Shown here: positions 10,185 to 18,347 of the stretch, in pieces
How positions within the stretch are numbered: position 1 is the first letter of the stretch
Layout of the letters: each line of letters starts with the position of its first letter
IMG/VR virus record: IMGVR_UViG_3300029288_000116
Location: 1-64,000 of that record
DNA from: a virus
Lineage: Duplodnaviria > Caudoviricetes
Strand: one strand, 5' to 3'
Length of the DNA: 64,000 nucleotides
Program-made: the position numbers and the translations under genes
Notes under the pieces: model-generated
The model's input: the letters and a program-made list of their open reading frames with translations, nothing else
Told to the model about the DNA's origin: nothing
Database searches by the model: none

Positions 10185-10529
10185 ATGAAGTTACTAACCA
10201 ATAAGTTGATTTTTGGGCTTTTACAAAATTTCTGTAGATGGAAAAAATGGAATATAAAAAATTTTCCATCACACGATGATTGGAACGTAAAGTCATTTAA
10301 ATGTAATTTATTAGGATTTATTTTGGGTAGTCAAAAATGTCCTAATTGTAATAAAATTGATACACTTTATTCATATGAAAATTACGATTCTTTAACTATA
10401 TTTTGTAGTGAATGCAAAACCGAGTATTACAGTATTACAAATGTGCTCCATTTTGGGGATTTTGGTATACACTCGGCGGCTATTATAAATCTTCCTGATA
10501 TAGGAATTATTAAATCGAGGAATATATGA
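10185..10529 (+). CDS. zinc-ribbon hypothetical protein
   Basis: CPNC ... CSEC. Confidence 0.55.
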   Translation: MKLLTNKLIFGLLQNFCRWKKWNIKNFPSHDDWNVKSFKCNLLGFILGSQKCPNCNKIDTLYSYENYDSLTIFCSECKTEYYSITNVLHFGDFGIHSAAIINLPDIGIIKSRNI

Positions 10530-11176
10530 CAAAAGATGAATTAAAACAACAAATTAATGTTTTAACTCAGTTCCCCCACAAAGAACGATCACAGCCGTAC
10601 CAGAGCTATTACCTTAAAGACGAGGGTTACATAAAAGGCACTAGAGATACTTTATATCGTTTTGACATAATGAAGATCGAAAAAGATTTATCTGGAAAGT
10701 CTGTTTTAGATCTTGGTTGTCAACTCGGTACCATGGGCGTGGAAGCTTATAGAAGAGGGGCCGGCCCTGTTCTCGGAATTGAGTACGAAAAGGACTATGT
10801 AAGTTGTGCTAAAGCCTTAGCAAAATATAATGAATTTGATATTACTTTTATACAAGGCGATTTAACCAAAGGAGATGAAGTTCCTAAATTAGTGAATAAA
10901 TTTTTTAATAATAAGCCGGTTGATGTGGTTCTAGCTTTGGCACTATATAAGCATGTAAAAGAGCATATGTTTAAAGTATTATCAAAAATAAAATTTAAAA
11001 CCCTATATATTGAGTCTCATAATACTGGGACTGCCGGCCTAGAAACTCAACATGTTAAGGAAATGCTTTTATTTATGAAAAAGTATGACTATTCTCCTGT
11101 GTTTATCGACTTCGTCGCTGACAGAAGTCTGCGCGCTATTTGGAGAATTGATTGTCATGACAATGAGGTTCTATAA
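10526..11176 (+). CDS. class I SAM methyltransferase resembling the WbdD methyltransferase domain
   Basis: YQ..RD..R, SVLDLGCQLG, VLGIE...V.CAKALA..N, DVVLALALYKH. Confidence 0.8.
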   Translation: MTKDELKQQINVLTQFPHKERSQPYQSYYLKDEGYIKGTRDTLYRFDIMKIEKDLSGKSVLDLGCQLGTMGVEAYRRGAGPVLGIEYEKDYVSCAKALAKYNEFDITFIQGDLTKGDEVPKLVNKFFNNKPVDVVLALALYKHVKEHMFKVLSKIKFKTLYIESHNTGTAGLETQHVKEMLLFMKKYDYSPVFIDFVADRSLRAIWRIDCHDNEVL

Positions 11177-11353
11177 AGCTGGAATAGGGGTTTTGATATT
11201 CTTTTACCATACAACTCATTTAGAAATCTGTTTTATGTTCAGAAACATAAGATTTTGTCAAGACTATCCTATAGACTACGCTGGGTACTATAATTTTGTT
11301 ACAGGTTAAAGTTTACATTTTTGCACAATATGATTAAATAGTATTAAAGGAGA

Positions 11354-11809
11354 TTGGTAATGTTTGAAGATTTAGTTGATGAAAGTAAATTTAAGCACCT
11401 AGAAGAAGATTGTGGCAGTTGTACTGGGGAAGAATGTGCTGTTGGAGCGTGTGCAGCTTGTTCTGGTTCTTGTCAACCTGAAGTATTAGAAGATGAATTG
11501 CCCATGTCATTTTTACAATCTCCAGACCTTAAACAACTGACACATCTTACTCTAGAAGATCAAATGTATCTAAAGTATCATGTTGGGTATAATATTCAAA
11601 AGTTTTATATGCCTGCATTCGCATATGATTGCTTGGAGAAAATTACAGAATATCCATTTAATGGTTCTTATGGTATTTACAAATTTTGTAAAGGTGGCCC
11701 AAAATCCGTAGAAATTATAGAAAAAGGTAATTTAAGAACTATTTTAATTAAAAGACAAAATAATGCTGGAAAACCTATAGAGTATATTGAATTAGTAGAA
11801 TTATATTAG
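11354..11809 (+). CDS. hypothetical protein with six-Cys N-terminal cluster
   Basis: CGSCTGEECAVGACAACSGSC; AAGGAG RBS; probable start at ATG 11360. Confidence 0.65.
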   Translation: MVMFEDLVDESKFKHLEEDCGSCTGEECAVGACAACSGSCQPEVLEDELPMSFLQSPDLKQLTHLTLEDQMYLKYHVGYNIQKFYMPAFAYDCLEKITEYPFNGSYGIYKFCKGGPKSVEIIEKGNLRTILIKRQNNAGKPIEYIELVELY

Positions 11810-11814
11810 GAACC

Positions 11815-12096
11815 ATGGAAATTTACCTATCTACGCAACTCAGTAACTTTACTATAATTTGTCATTTTAAAGTAGACGATTACTCTAAAATGGTAAAACG
11901 TCTTTTGTCAATAGTTCCATCAAACTTTCTTTTAGGAAAAGACCAATATTTTACTATCGAAGACTATTTTAAGTTGATTCCAGAATCAACACTAGGGCCA
12001 TTTTTCTTTGATGGAAGAATGATATATGGAGGCTCTACTTATTATTTAGATTACGACTTAGAAGATGATGAGGTTTATCCGTTAAAAAGGAAATAG
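11815..12096 (+). CDS. hypothetical protein
   Basis: ORF with AGGA RBS, tightly packed with neighbours. Confidence 0.55.
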   Translation: MEIYLSTQLSNFTIICHFKVDDYSKMVKRLLSIVPSNFLLGKDQYFTIEDYFKLIPESTLGPFFFDGRMIYGGSTYYLDYDLEDDEVYPLKRK

Positions 12097-12102
12097 AAGG
12101 AT

Positions 12103-12894
12103 TTGTCTAAAAGAATTTTAATAACCGGCGGAAGTGGGTATATAGGAACAAATCTTACAACATTTTTAGAAGGTAAAGGCTTTGTTGTAGGTAATGTAGA
12201 TAAGAAACTCGGAATATATGCAGAACATTTAAGACTTCCTAAAAAACATGATTTATTTGCTATAATTCATTTAGCTGCTCTCGCTGGGGTGGTAGAATGC
12301 GACCAGAATCCAGCACAGGCGGTTAAGGATAATATCATAGCTTCTATGAATATATTTTCTTTGGCTGCAGAACATAATATTCCGGTAATTGTAGCCTCCT
12401 CTCAGGCGGTTCAAAAGCCTATGTCTTCAGTGTACGCTTTCACAAAATACACAATGGAGCAGTACACCAAACACTATTTTGAAGCTAACATAAAACTATT
12501 AAGATTCGCTAATGTGTATGGTGGTCAGAATTACCTGGAGACTAAAAATTCGGTTATAGCCTGCTTTGTCCAGAGGGCGCTAAAAAATGAACCGTTAGTA
12601 ATAGACGGTACTGGTTCACACTCGCGGGACTTTATCCACGTAGATGATATATCTAACGCAATTTTTCTGGCGATGTTTTGTAGACAATCCTGCGATTCTC
12701 CGGTGGACATAGGAACTGGTAAATTGACCACTATGAAAGAGCTTGCAGACATGATTTCCGATAACCAGACATATGACCCAGGAAATCCTAGAGCTATAAG
12801 TACCTCCCCAATAAATCCCAGCCCCGCAAAAGACTTTTTCGGATTCGAAGCAAAAATATCAGTTAAAGATTATATAAGTAGTTTAAAATTTTAG
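12103..12894 (+). CDS. NAD-dependent epimerase/dehydratase (extended SDR, GalE-like)
   Basis: ITGGSGYIG, IIHLAA, YAFTK (YxxxK), RFANVYG, RDFIHVDD. Confidence 0.92.
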   Translation: MSKRILITGGSGYIGTNLTTFLEGKGFVVGNVDKKLGIYAEHLRLPKKHDLFAIIHLAALAGVVECDQNPAQAVKDNIIASMNIFSLAAEHNIPVIVASSQAVQKPMSSVYAFTKYTMEQYTKHYFEANIKLLRFANVYGGQNYLETKNSVIACFVQRALKNEPLVIDGTGSHSRDFIHVDDISNAIFLAMFCRQSCDSPVDIGTGKLTTMKELADMISDNQTYDPGNPRAISTSPINPSPAKDFFGFEAKISVKDYISSLKF

Positions 12895-12921
12895 CTTATC
12901 TGCCATGAGTAGAAAAAGTAA

Positions 12922-12952
12922 TGAGGGGGCCACTAAGGCCCCCTCAGCTTTT
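12922..12952 (+). terminator. intrinsic terminator between convergent units
   Basis: Perfect 10-bp stem TGAGGGGGCC/GGCCCCCTCA followed by GCTTTT. Confidence 0.8.
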
Positions 12953-13034
12953 GGATTAGTCTTTTCTGTAGATTTCAATATCATCAGAAATTTTCTTTAA
13001 TATGAGGTAAAGAAAAGCTTCGGTTTTCTTATTT

Positions 13035-13247
13035 TCAATTAAATCGCCCCTCAGGAAGCAACTCTAATTCAGAAACTCCAGGAAAACTGCGACCAGGAAT
13101 ATTTCCGGCACCAAATTCTTTTACCCAACGTTTGTGATTTTCAATATGTTCCTGTTTAAATTTAACCACATCACCTACTTTCCACCTTCTTTGATCATAG
13201 CACGTGCCCCTGTCATAACCACATATGTCGCATTTAAGATTTTTCAT
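13035..13247 (-). CDS. small hypothetical early protein
   Basis: ATG at 13247 follows a GGAGG RBS and the repeated promoter cassette; CDICG motif. Confidence 0.7.
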   Translation of the reverse strand: MKNLKCDICGYDRGTCYDQRRWKVGDVVKFKQEHIENHKRWVKEFGAGNIPGRSFPGVSELELLPEGRFN

Positions 13248-13252
13248 GACTA

Positions 13253-13300
13253 CCTCCAAAGTTTTAGTTTATTATATACCCGGAAGCCAATTTCTGAAAC
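13253..13300 (-). promoter_or_regulatory. repeated early promoter/leader cassette
   Basis: GTTTCAG-17 nt-TATAAT-AAACTAAAACTTTGGAGG. Confidence 0.85.
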
Positions 13301-13307
13301 AAGTTTT

Positions 13308-13880
13308 TTACATTTCGATAAAAACTTCATATAATTCTGGACTCCAGTTTTCCGTAAGATATTTTTTGGCTCTATCCCAAAATTCCCGTACTGAACACTT
13401 GTACCATTCTTCGCACCCCACTCCTTTTACTGGAGAAAAGCGGCACCAAATTTCATCGGTCATTTTAAGATAGATTCTTTTATAATGTCTTTTAAATTTT
13501 TTGTTAAGAATGGTTCCTTGATACGCCCAATGAATGTCATATGCTGAATCATACCAAAAATTTTTTGATTTATAGTGTTTAACGTCTAATTTTTTAAATT
13601 CATTGAGTTTAAGAAGTTCTTCGGTTCCTAATTTAGTATGTAAGTCTTCTAAATTATTAAGTTTTTCCTGTTCCTCTTTCGTAAAGTCTAATCTTCCGTT
13701 ACCACCACCTAAAAAATGTAATTCAGAAGAAAACTGAATTGGAATAGCCCAGATTCCTCTTTTAGCTGGGGTAGTGTTTCCTTCTCTATGAGTTTGGTAT
13801 TGACCATTAACTGGGCCCAGTCTCACAAAAATATGTTTTTCGCTAGGTTTTCTCATAGAACGTTTTCTGAAGTTCTTCAT
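13308..13880 (-). CDS. hypothetical early protein, probably leaderless
   Basis: 190 aa ORF; ATG lies 7 nt after TATAAT with no RBS. Confidence 0.75.
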   Translation of the reverse strand: MKNFRKRSMRKPSEKHIFVRLGPVNGQYQTHREGNTTPAKRGIWAIPIQFSSELHFLGGGNGRLDFTKEEQEKLNNLEDLHTKLGTEELLKLNEFKKLDVKHYKSKNFWYDSAYDIHWAYQGTILNKKFKRHYKRIYLKMTDEIWCRFSPVKGVGCEEWYKCSVREFWDRAKKYLTENWSPELYEVFIEM

Positions 13881-13887
13881 AATGGTT

Positions 13888-13917
13888 ATTATACCATAAT
13901 ATGAAACTTTCTGAAAC
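13888..13917 (-). promoter_or_regulatory. early promoter of the GTTTCAG class
   Basis: GTTTCAG-17 nt-TATAAT. Confidence 0.75.
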
Positions 13918-13923
13918 CAGATT

Positions 13924-13966
13924 TATAAATATTATATTTACATTTTTCCACTATATAGTATAAATA
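13924..13966 (+). promoter_or_regulatory. two T4-type late (gp55) promoter boxes
   Basis: TATAAATA at 13924-13931 and 13959-13966, upstream of the gp16-like gene. Confidence 0.7.
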
Positions 13967-13972
13967 TAATAT

Positions 13973-14353
13973 ATGGACGACGTTTTCAATATACCAGAAG
14001 AAAAAGAGTCCCCAGAGGATTTACTAAGGGCAAACATAGAGAAAGCTAATGAAATATTAAATATAGCCATGTCTAATATTTCAGCTGGGCTGGCAACGCC
14101 GAGAATGCTAGAAGTGGCCGCCAAATTAGTGGACTCAGTTACAAACGCAGCAGAAAAATTAATTGGGGCCGGGTTCGATCTAGAGAGTTTACTTTTAAAA
14201 GAGCGTTTGATAAAATTAAAAGAAAAGGAATTAATGTTGAAATCTAATACGGACGGAGTCCCAAAAACTTTGAATCAGAACATAATCGTGAGTAGCAGAG
14301 AAGACCTTCTAAAGCTATTTCAATCTAAAAAGGGGAATGAGAATGATGAATGA
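13973..14353 (+). CDS. gp16: terminase small subunit (T4 gp16-like)
   Basis: PRMLEVAAKLVDSVTNAAEKL and NQNIIVSSREDLLKL resemble the gp16 motifs PR.YEV..QL......DKL and NN..FVGST.EL.K.L. Confidence 0.7.
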   Translation: MDDVFNIPEEKESPEDLLRANIEKANEILNIAMSNISAGLATPRMLEVAAKLVDSVTNAAEKLIGAGFDLESLLLKERLIKLKEKELMLKSNTDGVPKTLNQNIIVSSREDLLKLFQSKKGNENDE

Positions 14354-16292
14354 AAAGGATTTTAGAGAAGTTATTATTTCTCAAAGATCAAAATCAAAAG
14401 TAGAAGAATGGGCAGGTGCAGCTTTAGATTATTTGTATTTAGTAAAAGAAAATCCTGAGATTGCGCAATTTGCTCCTAGCAGATTGTATAATGCATTAAT
14501 GAAATATGGTACAGAACCTATCGACGATGATAATAAAATTAGAGGATATGAGGATCTTATAAAGTATAATTATTTTGATGATAAGATTTATGGTACTCAG
14601 GAATCTTTACATGATATTATGAAATTTTTTAAGGCCTCTGCTCGTAGGACAGAAACCGGCAGAAGAATTCTTATTCTGGTAGGCCCAGTATCTTCAGGTA
14701 AAAGTACAATAGCTTATATTCTTAAAAGATGTTTAGAGAATGATGACACCCCAGCCTACGAGATTTCTGGGTGCCCAATCCACGAAGATCCCATTCATCT
14801 AATTCCTCTTGGGGACCGGCCATTTTGGGAAGAGCAACTGGGAATTAAAATAGAGGGCAGTCTATGTCCTATTTGCCAAATGAAAATTGACGAAGACTAT
14901 AGAGGCGAATGGGAAAGAGTTCCTGTTAACAGATTCGCCTTTAATGAACAAAGAAGAGTTGGTATTGGTACTTTTCAGCCTTCTGATCCTAAGTCGCAAG
15001 ATGTAAGTGAACTTATTGGAAGAGTTGATTATTCTAAAATGACTATGTACTCAGAAACTGATCCTAGGGCTTTTAAATTTAATGGTGAGCTTCAAGTAGC
15101 CAACCGCGGTATTATTGATTTTATCGAACTTTTAAAGACTGATACTAAACTACTTTATGTTTTGATTACTGCAGCACAGGAACAACTCATTAAAAGTCCT
15201 GGCTTTCCTCAAATGTATATAGATGTTATTTTATTAGCTCATACAAATGAGAGTGAATACTCGAGCTTTAAAGCTGATAAAAAGTCAGAGGCGATTCATG
15301 ATCGTATGTATCCGATTATGGTACCATGGAATCTTAGAGTAGATAATGAAATCCAAATCTATAAGAAACTGATTAAAGAAAGTGAATTTAAAAATATTCA
15401 TATTTCTCCTTTAGCTCTAGAAGTAGCGGCTAAATTTGCAGTATTAACACGCCTTAAAAAGTCTACCAAAGTTTCTTCTCTTATTGAAAAAATGAGACTA
15501 TATAATAATGAAGCACCTGAGGGATTTAAAAGAGAAGAGATCGATATTAAAGAACTTAGACAAGAAGGCAGAGAAAACGCCGAAGGTATGACCGGTATTT
15601 CTCCGAGATTTATTATGAATGCTTTGAATATCGCCTTAGCTTCTAAAGAAGACAAAACTTGTATCAATGCTTTGGATGTTATTCGTAGTTTGAATCACAA
15701 CTTTGAACATCATATTGGATATACTCCAGAAGAAAAGGCAAATTACCAAGCTTTGTTACTCGCAGATAAGGATTCAGTATTAGCCGAATTTAAAACTTTA
15801 GCTAAAAAAGAAGTTCAATTGGCTTTTATCTCTGCCTATGATGATCAAGTCCAGAACTTATTTGCTAATTATCTTAAGAACGCTTTAGCGTATTGCAAGA
15901 AAGAGAAAGTAAAGGACGATGTTCTTGGAGAATTTTCTGATCCTGATGAAAAACTAATGAGAAGTATTGAAGAATCTATCGGAGTTCCTATTAACTCTGT
16001 TAAAGAATTTAGACAAGCTATTTTCGTGCAGAAGAGTTCTTGTCTTGAACGCGGAGAAAAGTTTGACTACACTACATATACTCCATTGAAAGAAGCTATT
16101 GAACATAAGTTAATGAACGATCTTAAGAACGTGGTTTCTTTAACTCTTTGTGATCCTGCTAAATCTCAAGACAAAAAGATCGTAAAGAAGAGGCAAGAAG
16201 TTTTAGATACTCTTAAGGAACGTGGTTATTGCGAATATTGTGCTTACGCTTTGCTTCAGTATGTTGAAGCTTTACTACGGAAAGAATCGTAA
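14337..16292 (+). CDS. prkA: PrkA/YeaG-family AAA+ ATPase (serine kinase / ATP-dependent protease family)
   Basis: LVGPVSSGKST Walker A, CPIHEDP, GIGTFQPSDPKSQD, DPRAF.FNGEL..ANRG..FIE, AHTNESEY, GMTGISPRF, GYC..CA. Confidence 0.95.
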   Translation: MRMMNEKDFREVIISQRSKSKVEEWAGAALDYLYLVKENPEIAQFAPSRLYNALMKYGTEPIDDDNKIRGYEDLIKYNYFDDKIYGTQESLHDIMKFFKASARRTETGRRILILVGPVSSGKSTIAYILKRCLENDDTPAYEISGCPIHEDPIHLIPLGDRPFWEEQLGIKIEGSLCPICQMKIDEDYRGEWERVPVNRFAFNEQRRVGIGTFQPSDPKSQDVSELIGRVDYSKMTMYSETDPRAFKFNGELQVANRGIIDFIELLKTDTKLLYVLITAAQEQLIKSPGFPQMYIDVILLAHTNESEYSSFKADKKSEAIHDRMYPIMVPWNLRVDNEIQIYKKLIKESEFKNIHISPLALEVAAKFAVLTRLKKSTKVSSLIEKMRLYNNEAPEGFKREEIDIKELRQEGRENAEGMTGISPRFIMNALNIALASKEDKTCINALDVIRSLNHNFEHHIGYTPEEKANYQALLLADKDSVLAEFKTLAKKEVQLAFISAYDDQVQNLFANYLKNALAYCKKEKVKDDVLGEFSDPDEKLMRSIEESIGVPINSVKEFRQAIFVQKSSCLERGEKFDYTTYTPLKEAIEHKLMNDLKNVVSLTLCDPAKSQDKKIVKKRQEVLDTLKERGYCEYCAYALLQYVEALLRKES

Positions 16293-16302
16293 GGTAAAAC
16301 AT

Positions 16303-17622
16303 ATGTCGATAGTTGTCCATGATTCTTGGGATCTTTCTGAAAAGTGTAGAAAAGATCGCCAACGCCATAATGAGAAAGTAGATAAGGCTATACGTGATGC
16401 TGCTAGAGATACTTTAGCTGATGAATCTATTATCACTAAACGTGGCGAACGTACTGTAAGAATCCCGGTAAAGGGTCTTAAGGAATGGAGATTTATTTTC
16501 GACCATAACCAAAAAGGAAAGAAAATTGGTGGAGCAGGCCAAGGTAAAATAAAGCCTGGAGATACGATAGCAAAAAAGAATCTAGATCAAGAAGGTAAAG
16601 CTGGAAATCAACCTGGAGAAGATATTATAGAAGTAGATGTGTCTCTAGAATATCTTCTCGAAATTATGTTTGAAGAACTAGGTTTACCTAATCTAGAAGA
16701 CAAAGAAAAGATCGAGAATTTAGTTTCTGCGGGATTTAAATTTGATTCTATAGCTAAAAAGGGTATTCATTCTCAGTTACATAAAAAGAAAACTATCCTA
16801 GAAAGTATCAAAAGATTTGCTGCAGATATACGAGAACTTATGTTAGCCGGGAAGTGTTCAGAAGATGATGCAAAAAGAGCCTACTACCAAGCTAAACATG
16901 ATCTTAAAAAGGCTTTAAAAATAATTTTAACAAACTCTATTGATAAGTATATCGACCCTAATTTAATGAATCCTATGATTAATGATGAGGATCTTAGATT
17001 TAGGAGGGTAGAAGAGAATTTTATTCCTCAAAGTAGGGCTGTAGTAATTTTAATGTGTGATTCTTCAGGTAGTATGGGACAAGAAAAGAAGTATTTAATG
17101 AGATCCTTATTTTTTTGGCTCACACAATTTGTCAGACAATGTTATGAATATGTGGAAATAAGGTTTATAACACATGATACAACAGCGAAGCTTGTGGACG
17201 AGGATGAATTCTTTAAGAAAGGAGAATCCGGGGGTACTTATTGTTATACAGCTTTTGAAATGGCGAATCATTTATTGCAAACTGTGTATCCTGTAGAAGC
17301 CTGGAACGCCTTTTGTTTATACTGCAGTGACGGTGACTCATGGGATGTGAAAAAAGATATAGCGGCTTTAAATCATCTTATAGATTCCGGACTAAGTTTG
17401 TTTGGGTACTATGAAACTCATCCATCAGAAGTTAGGTTCTATGGATTTGATGATGGGGAACTACTCTCAGACATTATAGACGAATTTGATCTTAAAATTT
17501 TGGATATAGGTAAAAATCAAGAGTTCTATAAAAATGTTGATAAACGAATGGTCGCAGGTATAATAAGAAGTAAAGAAGATGTATTTCCAGCACTCAAAGC
17601 TACTCTATATGGAAAGAGGTGA
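16303..17622 (+). CDS. yeaH: YeaH/YhbH (DUF444) vWA-domain protein
   Basis: D..RH, IPVKGLKEWRF, GKAGNQPGED, FEELGLPNL, DLRFR, MIDAS DSSGSM, FF..GESGGT, SDGD; start placed at ATG 16303. Confidence 0.93.
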   Translation: MSIVVHDSWDLSEKCRKDRQRHNEKVDKAIRDAARDTLADESIITKRGERTVRIPVKGLKEWRFIFDHNQKGKKIGGAGQGKIKPGDTIAKKNLDQEGKAGNQPGEDIIEVDVSLEYLLEIMFEELGLPNLEDKEKIENLVSAGFKFDSIAKKGIHSQLHKKKTILESIKRFAADIRELMLAGKCSEDDAKRAYYQAKHDLKKALKIILTNSIDKYIDPNLMNPMINDEDLRFRRVEENFIPQSRAVVILMCDSSGSMGQEKKYLMRSLFFWLTQFVRQCYEYVEIRFITHDTTAKLVDEDEFFKKGESGGTYCYTAFEMANHLLQTVYPVEAWNAFCLYCSDGDSWDVKKDIAALNHLIDSGLSLFGYYETHPSEVRFYGFDDGELLSDIIDEFDLKILDIGKNQEFYKNVDKRMVAGIIRSKEDVFPALKATLYGKR

Positions 17623-17625
17623 TAT

Positions 17626-17718
17626 ATGATAGGATTTATTTTAGGGTTATTAGGGGGTTTATTCGTCGGTCATTTTTTAAGTAAAATGCTTCAAAAACTG
17701 TTAAATAAAGAGAGGTGA
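17626..17718 (+). CDS. 30 aa single-pass membrane peptide
   Basis: GAGGT RBS; MIGFILGLLGGLFVGHFLSKMLQKLLNKER. Confidence 0.55.
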   Translation: MIGFILGLLGGLFVGHFLSKMLQKLLNKER

Positions 17719-17721
17719 TTT

Positions 17722-17850
17722 ATGATTATTGACTGGTACAGGTTCGGCTTCTTTTGTCTTTGTTTATTTGGGTCATTCTTTGCTAGTGGTATTCATGGAA
17801 TTATTTGGTTTATGGCAGGAATAACTTACGTAAATATATGTGAGAGTTAA
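17722..17850 (+). CDS. 42 aa hydrophobic membrane peptide
   Basis: GAGG RBS; MIIDWYRFGFFCLCLFGSFFASGIHGIIWFMAGITYVNICES. Confidence 0.5.
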   Translation: MIIDWYRFGFFCLCLFGSFFASGIHGIIWFMAGITYVNICES

Positions 17851-17852
17851 AG

Positions 17853-18347
17853 ATGAAAAAATGTGAACTATGTGGGGAGACTAGGATATTTCAGGACGAT
17901 CCTACTGATAATGGATATAATTTTGTGGTCTTTTGTTGTTATTCTCAATATCATATAGAATTAAATGGAACACAAAAATTAATACATCAAGGTACCTTAT
18001 GTAAAGACTTTATGTTATATAAACTTAAAAATTCTAGTCCGCATAATGAGTTATCAAACTCTGAAGCAGAAAGGCTTGCGTGGCTTCTCGAAGAACTTGG
18101 AGAAGTACAACAAGCAATAGGTAAAGTACAACAAGCAATAGGTAAAATACTTAGACATGGATATGATAGCAAATGGCCTCCTGATATAGGACCCTCAAAT
18201 AGAGATAATTTAGAAAAAGAAATAAGAGATGTTATCAAGGTGTTAAGATTAATGGACAGATTTACAGATATTAATCTTATGAAAATCGAGAACTCAGTAA
18301 CAGATGACTACTCTAGATGTTATCTACATCACCAGGATCTATCATGA
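17853..18347 (+). CDS. MazG-like NTP pyrophosphohydrolase with N-terminal Cys-rich extension
   Basis: ERLAWLLEELGEVQQAIGK.LRHG ... NRDNLEKEIRDV (EExxE / ExExxD pattern). Confidence 0.75.
   Translation: MKKCELCGETRIFQDDPTDNGYNFVVFCCYSQYHIELNGTQKLIHQGTLCKDFMLYKLKNSSPHNELSNSEAERLAWLLEELGEVQQAIGKVQQAIGKILRHGYDSKWPPDIGPSNRDNLEKEIRDVIKVLRLMDRFTDINLMKIENSVTDDYSRCYLHHQDLS
18103..18144 (+). repeat. perfect 21-bp tandem duplication (VQQAIGK x2)
   Basis: AAGTACAACAAGCAATAGGTA occurs twice in tandem. Confidence 0.95.
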
